From IMG/VR virus record IMGVR_UViG_3300016673_000467, positions 1 through 63,134 of that record: a stretch of DNA of 63,134 bases. One strand, given 5' to 3'. The translations under genes and the position numbers were made by a program. Position 1 is the stretch's first letter; every line of letters begins with the position of its first letter. Of this stretch, positions 10,138 to 18,524 are shown one piece after another. The DNA comes from a virus (taxonomy: Duplodnaviria; Caudoviricetes). The notes beneath the pieces are model-generated. The model was not told the origin of the DNA. It did not search any database and worked only from the letters and a program-made list of their open reading frames with translations.

Positions 10138-10215
10138 GGGGAATCCTTGCCGCGATGCACGCAGCGCAAAGAGGGGGGGAAATATGAGTTGCTAAACATT
10201 CTTATTCGTATTTAA

Positions 10216-10238
10216 GATATGTTATTACGTATCAACTC
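10216..10238 (+). promoter_or_regulatory. Putative Zur box upstream of bL36-B
   Basis: GATATGTTATT-A-CGTATCAACTC vs GAAATGTTATA-N-TATAACATTTC (9/11 and 6/11). Confidence 0.5.
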
Positions 10239-10257
10239 ACCGCAAGGAGCCTCACCG

Positions 10258-10413
10258 ATGAAAGTGCTGTCCTCACTCAAAGAAGCGAAAAATCGTCACC
10301 GTGACTGCCAGATCGTTATGCGCCGCGGCCGTATTTATGTGATCTGCAAAACCAATCCGAAATTCAAGGCTCGGCAGGGCGGTGCAAAAAACAAGAACAA
10401 AGGAAAAGGCTGA
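10258..10413 (+). CDS. ykgO: Type B (Zn-independent) 50S ribosomal protein L36
   Basis: [41 protein letters not shown]; AAGGAG RBS; lacks the full CxxC...CxxxxxH zinc set. Confidence 0.93.
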   Translation: MKVLSSLKEAKNRHRDCQIVMRRGRIYVICKTNPKFKARQGGAKNKNKGKG

Positions 10414-10425
10414 GAACCGGAGTTT

Positions 10426-10875
10426 TTATGCCGCATCGGCCTTGTGCTGATCTGCGAGGTCGGCGGCCAGGTCCGTCGCCAGCTCTTCGGCGCGAGCCTG
10501 GCCGTACTTGTTGGCCAAAGGCCGGATTAAGGCATCGGCAACATCGTGCAAGGCTGTCGGGTGATACTTGACCTTGGGAGTGCCAAGAGCAGAGCAAGCG
10601 AGGTCGTAAGCCCTGCCATGAGCACGGCGCCCGCCGGCAACGATCTCGCAGATCATCTGTTCGATCGGGTATTCGCGGTTGTCGGTCAGCAGTGGGGCGA
10701 TTTGCTCCTGAGCCCCCAGGTGTTCGGCCAGCGCTTCGTACAGTGACTGCGGTGTAACCAGGTCAACCGGTTTGCCGAAGGGGCGCGGCGCCGTGATGCT
10801 ATCGCCACAGATCAGGCTATTGATTGCATCGTGAAGCCAGTCCGGGCCTTCGACGGTATCGAGAAAGTCGGTCAT
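10426..10875 (-). CDS. Phage hypothetical protein
   Basis: 149 aa ORF coupled to the upstream gene. Confidence 0.7.
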   Translation of the reverse strand: MTDFLDTVEGPDWLHDAINSLICGDSITAPRPFGKPVDLVTPQSLYEALAEHLGAQEQIAPLLTDNREYPIEQMICEIVAGGRRAHGRAYDLACSALGTPKVKYHPTALHDVADALIRPLANKYGQARAEELATDLAADLADQHKADAA

Positions 10876-11126
10876 GGCAGTTGCTCCTGCTCGAGTTTGC
10901 GTGCGAAAGCGCAGGCGACGTTATGGTCGCGGCGAAAGCCCTTTACCTTGCCGGTACCGGTATCGACGATGTGGAAGAACTCGCCGCTCACTGGGATTAC
11001 CCGGTAACGCGGTGCGTTCTTCGGAGGGGGGCAGCCGACCAGTCCGAGTTGAATTGCTGCGGACATATTGCGGCGCTGGTTCATGGCGAGCGCTACATCA
11101 CAGTAAGCGCGTTGACTTGGGTTCAT
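10872..11126 (-). CDS. Phage hypothetical protein
   Basis: GGAGG RBS before MNPSQRAY. Confidence 0.7.
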   Translation of the reverse strand: MNPSQRAYCDVALAMNQRRNMSAAIQLGLVGCPPPKNAPRYRVIPVSGEFFHIVDTGTGKVKGFRRDHNVACAFARKLEQEQLP

Positions 11127-11304
11127 GGTCGCCTCCAGGTTAGGCGGGGTGGTTAATTCAAATATAGATGGCTGCACTCATCCGTTCCGCTGGTTGCCGT
11201 TAGGCACGGAGGGGAGTGCAATAGATGGGTGTCAGGATCGGTGCAATTTTTGAAGTGCTGGGGCTACACTCGAGCGAATAAATCATCGATACCCGGAGTC
11301 ACCA

Positions 11305-11628
11305 GTGCACTTGAGCCTTCGTCTAGCCCTTTGTATTCCCTTGCTTGCCTTCGGCCAGAACGTTTTGGCTGCAGAAAAAAGCCAATCAATTGCTCAGGAT
11401 CTGCTTATTGCTTCGAAATTCTCAGGTGGGTGCGGGATTATCATACAGATGGCGACTTTTCAGCAGTCTACGAAGATGCCCGGAGGTGATGAGTTTCTTG
11501 AGCGTTTTCTCAAAACTGAATCCGCAAGAGTCGGTATGACGGTGAAGAATTATCTTGAGCAGTGCCGTACATCGTCAGAGATTTACCAAACCTACTACAA
11601 CGGGCTTGAAGATGCTTCAGCCCATTGA
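11305..11628 (+). CDS. Secreted moron protein
   Basis: Signal peptide ending VLA/AE; two Cys; antisense insertion. Confidence 0.65.
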   Translation: MHLSLRLALCIPLLAFGQNVLAAEKSQSIAQDLLIASKFSGGCGIIIQMATFQQSTKMPGGDEFLERFLKTESARVGMTVKNYLEQCRTSSEIYQTYYNGLEDASAH

Positions 11629-11680
11629 AGTTGGCATCCCGCTGCCCACTCACTGAATGGGCAGAAGTGATGCTGCCGGA

Positions 11681-11866
11681 TCAAGCAGCGCTTTTAGGTT
11701 CGCGCTCTGCCTGAATCCGCTGGTAAATCTCTTCTCGGTGAACCGCCACATCCAGCGGGGCGACGATGCCGAGTTTCACTTGCTGCCCACATACGCTCAG
11801 TACCTGGATGCTGATGTCGTCGTTAATGCGGATCGTTTCGCCTACGCGGCGGGTAAGTATCAACAT
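11681..11866 (-). CDS. csrA: Carbon storage regulator CsrA/RsmA paralogue
   Basis: [14 protein letters not shown]...[21 protein letters not shown], with the RNA-binding Arg44 equivalent intact. Confidence 0.95.
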   Translation of the reverse strand: MLILTRRVGETIRINDDISIQVLSVCGQQVKLGIVAPLDVAVHREEIYQRIQAEREPKSAA

Positions 11867-12130
11867 GGTCCTTCTCCTTGTTTGATTTCCAATGCCGCCT
11901 CATTGAAGCGGCATCAGTAAATCTGAGGGTGTTGCTCTATTGCACAGGCCAACGCTCGCTTTCACGTCAATTTCCCATCAGGCCTCTAGCCGTCAAGTCA
12001 TCACGCGCTTCTCCAGCGCGCCCTCCGAATGAGGTCTCCTGTGCCCAGCGCCGACATAAGGGCGAATCGCTGCATACCGTTGCGCGGTACGTCCGCTGGC
12101 TATGCATCGGCCAGCTCGGCGTCCATCAGG

Positions 12131-12159
12131 TTGTTAAAGAGCGTCGCAGCTTTCGCTGC
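12131..12159 (-). promoter_or_regulatory. Antitermination site: GAAA-tetraloop hairpin followed by boxA
   Basis: Minus strand GCAGC-GAAA-GCTGC then CGCTCTTTAACAA. Confidence 0.8.
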
Positions 12160-12191
12160 TGGGCCTGTATTGCTTGGCTTGAAATCAAATA

Positions 12192-12230
12192 TGTACTAAT
12201 GGTTCACTAAAAACAAGAACCAAAAGTACA
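12192..12230 (-). promoter_or_regulatory. OL operators and PL promoter
   Basis: TGTAC-N5-GTTCA at 12192-12206 and TGTAC-N5-GTTCT (minus) at 12216-12230; TTGTTT-17-CATATT on minus strand. Confidence 0.8.
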
Positions 12231-12248
12231 TATTTTTCTTTGGAGCGT

Positions 12249-12273
12249 AAAAAAGCCCGCGCGGGCGGGCTTT
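12249..12273. terminator. Rho-independent terminator
   Basis: AAAAAAGCCCGC-GCGG-GCGGGCTTT. Confidence 0.8.
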
Positions 12274-12372
12274 GAACGGATAGGTTTATCAGCGCTGATG
12301 CTTGCAGTCCTTAGCGATTGATCTGCACGAGTGCAAACGGCGATCATAGACGTTTATTTTCAAGGATCTGTT

Positions 12373-12864
12373 ATGACTCAAGCATGGAAGGCGTTTTCAT
12401 TTTTGCTTTGTGGAGGGCTTCTTGCTTCTTGCACGATGACAGGGCCAAAGTTCACACCTTTGGACAGCGCAGAAAGTCATCATGGCGTGCTCTATGTCTA
12501 CAGGCCGAGCAATTACGACATGGGCCTGATGTCCGCCCTGATCTCGCTGGACGGTAAGCAGGTTGCGGTATTGGAAAATGGTGGCTACGTGGCTTTGTCC
12601 GTCGAGCCGGGTAAGCACACGATCACGCAAAAATGGAAAGCAGGGGTTCTTGGCAATTCGGATTTAGAAGGCGCGACAACCTCAACGGTTGTGGATGTCC
12701 AATATGCTAACCCGGCATATGTGAGCCTTACATCAAATGCCAAAAGGCTTGAATCCCGTCAGTACAACGTGGTTGCAGTCGGTTTTAGATGGCAACTGGC
12801 CCAAGTCGCTGCCGATCAGGCTTTGCCTGAGATATCTGAATGCAGGAAGGTTGAAGCAATCTAG
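12373..12864 (+). CDS. Lipoprotein, DUF2846-like
   Basis: Lipobox LASC; LYVYRP...LENGGY..L.VEPGKHTI pattern. Confidence 0.75.
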   Translation: MTQAWKAFSFLLCGGLLASCTMTGPKFTPLDSAESHHGVLYVYRPSNYDMGLMSALISLDGKQVAVLENGGYVALSVEPGKHTITQKWKAGVLGNSDLEGATTSTVVDVQYANPAYVSLTSNAKRLESRQYNVVAVGFRWQLAQVAADQALPEISECRKVEAI

Positions 12865-12922
12865 ATCTGGGCAGGGGGTATTGCTTGGATGAAGAATAAA
12901 GACCTTTTCAGGAGCCTGATCA

Positions 12923-13201
12923 ATGCAGAACGCCTTGGTTGATGTGGCCGTCAGCGTATCCGAGCTCAAAAATGGCCCGTCAGCCGTATTGAGCTTAGCG
13001 GCTGGTACCTTCCTTAATAACAGCGGTGTGATGGGCTACAAAGATCTGGCTGAAGCCTACGAGGCAATGAGTGAGTTTCTGGATTACCTGGAACTGGCGC
13101 AAGTAGCCAAGGCTCGGATCGAGGCGGGCGAAAAAACTGTCCGTGTATCACTCGACGATCTCATTGGCGAGGCTGAGGCTGATATAGCAAATGGGCGTTG
13201 A
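12923..13201 (+). CDS. Phd/YefM (StbD-like) antitoxin, possibly decayed
   Basis: VSVSELKNGPSAVL ... VRVSLDDL. Confidence 0.7.
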   Translation: MQNALVDVAVSVSELKNGPSAVLSLAAGTFLNNSGVMGYKDLAEAYEAMSEFLDYLELAQVAKARIEAGEKTVRVSLDDLIGEAEADIANGR

Positions 13202-13462
13202 GTGGGAGCCGAAAACGCTGAAGGAGCCCCGAATTCTTGACGGTGCTGACCGTCTGCATACCCGGAAAAGGCTTGAAGAGCGGAAACGGGGCACAAGTGC
13301 CAGACGATGCGCTTCACGGTATGAAGGACTGCTACAAGATCATGTTGCGAGGTGCTGGCTATCGGTTGGTGTATCGCGTTGGGGATGAGCGGATTTTCAT
13401 CCTGGTGCTGCCATCGGTAAGCGGTAGCGCAGCTCGGTGAAGAGCAGGTGTGGAAGCGGTAG
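13191..13462 (+). pseudogene. RelE/StbE-like toxin pseudogene
   Basis: LHGMKDCYKIMLRGAGYRLVYRV.D and AIGKR segments split across frames, plus an internal stop. Confidence 0.75.
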
Positions 13463-13516
13463 GACAGATACAAGAAGCCCGGCCCTGTGCCGAGCTTGAG
13501 AAGGCTGTATAAAGTT

Positions 13517-14617
13517 TTATTGAACGAGGCGGAGGGCCCCCTTCTTGGCTGTTGGAGGCAAGATTGAAGTGTTCGATATGGAGAGGGGCGCGAGCCCAAA
13601 AATAATTGGTGTCAGATCGTCTCCTCCAACGTTCAACTCCTCTGCAACGGCACGCATCGACTTACCTTGATCTCTCAATATCCCAAAAACTTTCTGAAGG
13701 ATTTGTGACGTCTCCTTTGGGGCAGGATCAATCTCTCTGGTGCGTGCACCACGAGTGGATAAGTCTATGCAAATACTTCGGTATAACCATTCGGTAAGAA
13801 TTCCAGTGCTATGTAGCCTATATGCCAATGCCATAGCTGAAACATTCCAAATCTTTTTGACCTTTATAATGTCGTCAGTCGAGCGGCATCCCCAGCCACC
13901 AGCTAAAATGCTTACTTTTGGCATAAGTAGAGCCGAAGCAAATGCATTTGCTTCATTTTCGACTTCTTTGCCCTTGTTTTCACCATGACGATGAAGCACG
14001 AGATGTCCTAGCTCATGTGCGGCATCAAAACGGCTAGACTCTGAGGACTTCTTTGTGTTTAAAAATACAAAAGGAGTTGATCCACGCCTCCAGCAAGAAA
14101 AAGCATTAACTTGGCTCGTTTCTTCCGCTAATGAGAAAACCCGTACACCTTTCGATTCGAGTAAGTGAATCATATTTTTTATTGGAGCCTGTCCTAAGCT
14201 CCATTCTGCTCTAACCGCTTCCGCTGCCATCTCAGGGCTCAAGCCTGTGCAGTCGGGAACGCTAGGTGTTGGCAAATTGAATTTGCTGTCTATCCAGTCG
14301 CTCAGAAGATATGCAATCCCACCAGCAGCCAGTGCGGCGTCTCTCTGGCTAGCGGTCATGCGTGAAAATGATCTGAAACTTGCGTTTTGGTCTGTCGGGG
14401 CCTCCACGTCGTCGCCACCAAAGAAATCTACTGGAAACCCTAAAACACTGGCCAGCCTTTCAAGACTCTCCTCGGTGGGTATGGAGTTTGAACTTTCATA
14501 GGACGAGAGAGTTTTACTAGTTAATCCAGAAAGGTCAGCTAGGTGCTTTTTTGACCATCCACGCCTCTGCCGCGCCATTAATAGCCTTGCAGGGTTAAAG
14601 TTTTCTGTGTTACTCAT
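13517..14617 (-). CDS. XRE-HTH plus ImmA/IrrE Zn-metallopeptidase (RmrA-like antitoxin)
   Basis: N-terminal HTH; RFDAAHELGH (HExxH); ENEANAFASALLMP. Confidence 0.9.
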   Translation of the reverse strand: MSNTENFNPARLLMARQRRGWSKKHLADLSGLTSKTLSSYESSNSIPTEESLERLASVLGFPVDFFGGDDVEAPTDQNASFRSFSRMTASQRDAALAAGGIAYLLSDWIDSKFNLPTPSVPDCTGLSPEMAAEAVRAEWSLGQAPIKNMIHLLESKGVRVFSLAEETSQVNAFSCWRRGSTPFVFLNTKKSSESSRFDAAHELGHLVLHRHGENKGKEVENEANAFASALLMPKVSILAGGWGCRSTDDIIKVKKIWNVSAMALAYRLHSTGILTEWLYRSICIDLSTRGARTREIDPAPKETSQILQKVFGILRDQGKSMRAVAEELNVGGDDLTPIIFGLAPLSISNTSILPPTAKKGALRLVQ

Positions 14618-15270
14618 GCTTTTGGTGTGACCATAATATCTAAATCTGGGCTTGGTTCTGGCGCTACATAATCAATTGGTGCGTTGAAATCTATTTGCGG
14701 CAAGATAAACCTAGGTTGCCAGTCATCTACCTTTCCATTTTCTCCCATATTTACTGGTCGAGAAAGTTCATAGTTAACAACTTTGTTATTGACGTCGGCA
14801 TGAAACAAAAGAACCCATAGTGTCTGCTCTGTTGCCTCGACCAATATTTGACGCTCGTCGCGACTTACAGGAAACATATCTTGCTGAGCAGCGTTAAAGT
14901 GAACGCTTTTGACAGTTCGATTGCCCCGCTTGTTGCGGGTCAAGGGGGTGCGATGAGGGTTCCCGGTGTGAATGTCGCCTCGCATCACTGTGATTGCATG
15001 CTTTCCATCAGGTGAAACGATTCGGGGTTGGTTACTCGGGTCGCTTGGAGTCCAGCCTTTGCTGATCAAGAGAGCCCTGATAGCTTCAGTAGCATAAATC
15101 CAGCCAAGAGTCCCCCCAGAGCCATTGGGCTGCAGTTTTCCGGCGGAAAGTACCTTCTGATAATACTGGGTTGCAGTCGTGTAAAGATCCTTAGCGCTTA
15201 CACCCAAGAGGAGCTCAACCGCTTGCTCTGGTGGTAAGTGGGGGACAGAAGAAAGTGTATTTCTTTGCAT
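14614..15270 (-). CDS. Putative toxin partner of the HTH-peptidase (RmrT-like)
   Basis: ATGA-coupled upstream of the peptidase; LWVLL...YELSRP motif; function inferred from architecture. Confidence 0.65.
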   Translation of the reverse strand: MQRNTLSSVPHLPPEQAVELLLGVSAKDLYTTATQYYQKVLSAGKLQPNGSGGTLGWIYATEAIRALLISKGWTPSDPSNQPRIVSPDGKHAITVMRGDIHTGNPHRTPLTRNKRGNRTVKSVHFNAAQQDMFPVSRDERQILVEATEQTLWVLLFHADVNNKVVNYELSRPVNMGENGKVDDWQPRFILPQIDFNAPIDYVAPEPSPDLDIMVTPKA

Positions 15271-15299
15271 GGTGGCCGCCAAAACGAATGGTGTTCCGC

Positions 15300-15328
15300 T
15301 TTTTATACATCATTTGATGTTGAAAAAA
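15300..15328. promoter_or_regulatory. Palindrome upstream of the TA pair (candidate autoregulatory operator)
   Basis: T-tract-ACATCA-TT-TGATGT-A-tract. Confidence 0.45.
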
Positions 15329-15514
15329 CAGAAGACCCTCTAGTTAGGCAGTGGAAAAACGCCTTTTCCGATGAAAAGGTCTCAAGCACTGCTTCTGACA
15401 GACACATAGCCAACTGCATCAGATCGAAAGGTGACCACTCGAGCAGAAACTCAGTGTCATTCAGTTAGCGCCGCAGTTCTGGCGTTGTCTTGTTGAGCAC
15501 CATGATTGACCCCG

Positions 15515-15721
15515 TCAAGGCCGCTTCCATACCGACTCAGTTTTTGCGCAAATCCACATCAAGGAGCGGTCAGCAGAGTCTGCCAAAACCAGAAGCTGCT
15601 CAGCCTCGGCATAGTTGTTCTCCTGGATCAGGCGCCAAGCTTTTGCGCGCAGAGACTGGGCATGGTTGTGCAAGTTTTCAGATGCTCTCGCAATGCCATC
15701 ATTGGGTGAAGGTTTTTGCAT
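15515..15721 (-). CDS. Small hypothetical protein downstream of cI
   Basis: ATG 15 nt after the cI stop; helical composition. Confidence 0.4.
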   Translation of the reverse strand: MQKPSPNDGIARASENLHNHAQSLRAKAWRLIQENNYAEAEQLLVLADSADRSLMWICAKTESVWKRP

Positions 15722-15735
15722 AGGGCGTCGGGCTC

Positions 15736-16503
15736 CTACAGATCTCCACCGCGCCAAATCACTCGGCCCAAAATGCGGTGTTCGTTGATTTCTTCGTCTG
15801 ACAATTCTCGGTTTGGGTACTTGGACTTGTCCGGGTTGTCACTGCAGATGATCCAGCCGCCATCCTCGGATCTAACCAGGCGTTTTACGATACTGCCCTC
15901 CAGATTACCCATTACAAAAATCTGGCCATCTGACGGCTCGATACGGGACTCATCAACCAGCAGCACATCGTGGTGATTGATCGTTGGCCACATGCTGTCG
16001 CCGTGGGCATAGATGACTTTGAGGTTTTTCGCTTTAACGCCTTTAGCCCGCAACCATTCGGTTTTGAACGCGAGAGTGTTGCGTAGAACGACATGCACGT
16101 TGTCAAAGCCAGAGCCGGCAGCCGCTCTCGCGTCGTACTGGTCTATGAAGGTGTATTGCCCTTCAAGATCGTCAGTGAAATCGCACGGCATCAATGACTG
16201 AGGTGACGGTATTGTTTGCGCTGCAGAAGAGGGCTGCTGGTTTTCTTTTGCAGACTCCCCAGGCCCTGGGCCCGATCCGTGCTGCAGCCATTCAACCTTC
16301 ACGTCGAGAGCATTGGCAAGGGCCAGCATCTTGGCGGCTCCAGGAATGGATTCACCATTCATCCATTTACTGGCGGCTTTAGGTGTGACATTCGCCATTT
16401 TTGCCAGACGAGCGCCTGCCCCCCATTGCGGGATTTCTTTTGCCTCTAAGGCTTTCTTAAGGCGAGCGACGAAGGCTGCCCTCAAATCTTCTATATGAAC
16501 CAT
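15736..16503 (-). CDS. cI: CI-like repressor (HTH plus S24 peptidase)
   Basis: AAAG cleavage site, GDSM and VKRL catalytic motifs; divergent from cro; ATG lies inside an operator. Confidence 0.93.
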   Translation of the reverse strand: MVHIEDLRAAFVARLKKALEAKEIPQWGAGARLAKMANVTPKAASKWMNGESIPGAAKMLALANALDVKVEWLQHGSGPGPGESAKENQQPSSAAQTIPSPQSLMPCDFTDDLEGQYTFIDQYDARAAAGSGFDNVHVVLRNTLAFKTEWLRAKGVKAKNLKVIYAHGDSMWPTINHHDVLLVDESRIEPSDGQIFVMGNLEGSIVKRLVRSEDGGWIICSDNPDKSKYPNRELSDEEINEHRILGRVIWRGGDL

Positions 16504-16567
16504 AGGTTCAATATCGCATGAGCTTGCATGTACTTTCAGTTCCGACTTAATATGTACTGACAGTTCA
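16496..16567. promoter_or_regulatory. OR operators (three)
   Basis: TGAAC-CATAG-GTTCA 16496-16510; TGTAC-TTTCA-GTTCC 16529-16543; TGTAC-TGACA-GTTCA 16553-16567. Confidence 0.85.
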
Positions 16568-16591
16568 TATTTAGGGCCGGAGGGCCACGCC

Positions 16592-16831
16592 ATGAGCGCT
16601 CTCAAAGAATCAATCACCAGGGTAGGAGGGGTCGCTAAGGCTTCTGCAATTTGCGGGGTCAGCCAGCGAGCCATCTACAAATGGATCGCTGCTGATTCTC
16701 TACCTCGTACTGAGTACTCAGGTGAAACCCGCTACGCCCATCTGCTGGCTGCTGCGTCTTCTTGGCAATTCACAGCCGAGTGGCTCCTTTCCGAAGCGAT
16801 GCCAGGGCAGGCATTAAAACTTGCCAGCTAG
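16592..16831 (+). CDS. cro: Cro-like repressor
   Basis: Short HTH (GVSQRAIYKW) divergent from cI. Confidence 0.85.
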   Translation: MSALKESITRVGGVAKASAICGVSQRAIYKWIAADSLPRTEYSGETRYAHLLAAASSWQFTAEWLLSEAMPGQALKLAS

Positions 16832-16917
16832 TCGATCTCCCTGTCCGCCGATCCAAGTAGCAAATTTTCTCCTACCCACTGGCAGGGCACCACGGAAACA
16901 GAGCAGAGGTTTTACGA

Positions 16918-17340
16918 ATGGAAGATTTTCTGCGGGCTTGCCAGAACGCTGTTCTGGATAACGAGGCGAAAACGCTGGCGGCAAAGATGGGTGTTTCGCA
17001 TGTGAGCCTGCTCCAGCGCGCAAACCCGGATAACGACGCTCATCACCTGACTGTCGAGCATTTGTTCGGGATCTTGCTGCATACCGGCGACATGCGCCCA
17101 TTGATGGCCCTGGCAGATGAGTTTGGCTTTGATCTAGTCCAGAAGGCCCCACCGAAAGCACAAGCACTTGCATCGTCCTTGGCCGACGTAGGCAAAGAGG
17201 TGGCTGAACTGACTATCGCCGTGCACGCGGCGCTTGAAGACAACCACGTCAGCAGCATTGAAAGGGCCCTTATCCGAAAGGAAATCAGCCATGTCCGAGT
17301 AGGCCTGGACGTCATGGAAGCATCGGTCAGGGCTGCCTGA
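16918..17340 (+). CDS. Phage regulatory CII-family protein
   Basis: LAAKMGVS...NPDNDAHHLT; position after cro. Confidence 0.75.
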   Translation: MEDFLRACQNAVLDNEAKTLAAKMGVSHVSLLQRANPDNDAHHLTVEHLFGILLHTGDMRPLMALADEFGFDLVQKAPPKAQALASSLADVGKEVAELTIAVHAALEDNHVSSIERALIRKEISHVRVGLDVMEASVRAA

Positions 17341-17414
17341 TTTTTCCGCGCATGCGCGGATCAGTGCCCTTCGGGTTCGCACTATCTAGATAAGCGGACC
17401 CGAAACGCAGGCAC

Positions 17415-17440
17415 AAAAAAGCCGACGGTCGAGGTCGGCT
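17415..17440 (-). terminator. Terminator for a possible antisense (oop-like) transcript
   Basis: AAAAAAGCCGAC-N7-GTCGGCT. Confidence 0.6.
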
Positions 17441-17470
17441 GATTTATTAACACTTTGCGAGGCCGATTAT

Positions 17471-18319
17471 ATGCAAACCCAGCCACATATCAATCCCCCC
17501 AATATTGTTGCGCCACGTTTTCCGCAATCTGAAACCGTGGCGCGCAATTTCTCAGTTATTCCGTTCGACTTTGACGGGGCCGCGATCCGGGTTATCACCG
17601 ACAAGCTTGGCGAACCGTGGTTTGTCGCCCGCGACGTAGCCGATGCTCTGGGCTACTCCAAGCCAGAGAATGCTGTAGCCCGCCATTGCAAGGCTGCGAC
17701 CACTACCCCGAAACAGGGTGGTGGTTTCATGACGATCATCCCTGAGCGCGATCTGTACCGCCTGGTTATGAAGTCGAAGCTCCCGGCTGCTGAGAGGTTC
17801 GAAGAGTGGGTTGTGGGTCAGGTCCTGCCGAGCATTCGCAAGACCGGCAGCTTCTGCGCACAGGGCCCGAATAATTCCAAGATCGTCGGTGAGCTGGCAA
17901 TCCTGGAATGCTTCGACCGCCTGCTGAAACCGGCTCCTTCCAGCAAGATGATGATGCTGGCTCAGATTGCCGCTAACAACGGTCTTGATGCCAAGTTCCT
18001 GCCCGGCTACGCCGTGGACGTCGCATCAGATGCTACTGGCGGCAGCTCGATGCCAACCAAGGCCGTTACTGCGCTGATCAAAGAGAACGGAATCAGCAGC
18101 ACAGCAGCTGCTTTCAATCGCGCATTAGCGGCTCACGGCTTCCTGAAGACCCTGAATCGCGTGAACTCAAAGCATGAAACCGTGGAGTTCTGGGGCGTTA
18201 CTGAAAAGGGTCTCAAGTTCGGTAAAAACCTGACCAGTCCGCAATGCCCCCGCGAAACGCAGCCTCACTGGTACGTCGATCGCTTCCTTGAATTAGCCGC
18301 ACTGGTCGGGAAGGTGTGA
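17471..18319 (+). CDS. BRO-N domain antirepressor-like protein
   Basis: EPWFVARDVADALGY, AERFEEWV..QVLPSIRKTG; C-terminal VTEKGLKFG. Confidence 0.85.
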   Translation: MQTQPHINPPNIVAPRFPQSETVARNFSVIPFDFDGAAIRVITDKLGEPWFVARDVADALGYSKPENAVARHCKAATTTPKQGGGFMTIIPERDLYRLVMKSKLPAAERFEEWVVGQVLPSIRKTGSFCAQGPNNSKIVGELAILECFDRLLKPAPSSKMMMLAQIAANNGLDAKFLPGYAVDVASDATGGSSMPTKAVTALIKENGISSTAAAFNRALAAHGFLKTLNRVNSKHETVEFWGVTEKGLKFGKNLTSPQCPRETQPHWYVDRFLELAALVGKV

Positions 18320-18320
18320 C

Positions 18321-18524
18321 ATGCCGTATGCCATCACCCTTAACCGGCCAAAACTGCGCTCCGGCAACTCGGTGCTGATGCGCTTGAGGGCGGACCACAT
18401 CATCCCTGAGAGTAAGGGCGGTGAGGCGTCTATAGACATCCTTCAGTCCCTTTGCATGTCCTGCAATAGCTGGAAGGGCGCTCAGGCCATAAATTTTCGT
18501 GCCCTTGCTGGAGGTGTCGCGTGA
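18321..18524 (+). pseudogene. Truncated HNH endonuclease
   Basis: DHIIPESKGG...LCMSCNSWKG present but the N-terminal CxxC is missing. Confidence 0.6.

Noticed and set aside
15380-15503. Possible decayed small phage gene on the minus strand (MVLNKTTPELRR*LNDTEFLLEWS)
   Set aside because: Resemblance too weak to call without a search
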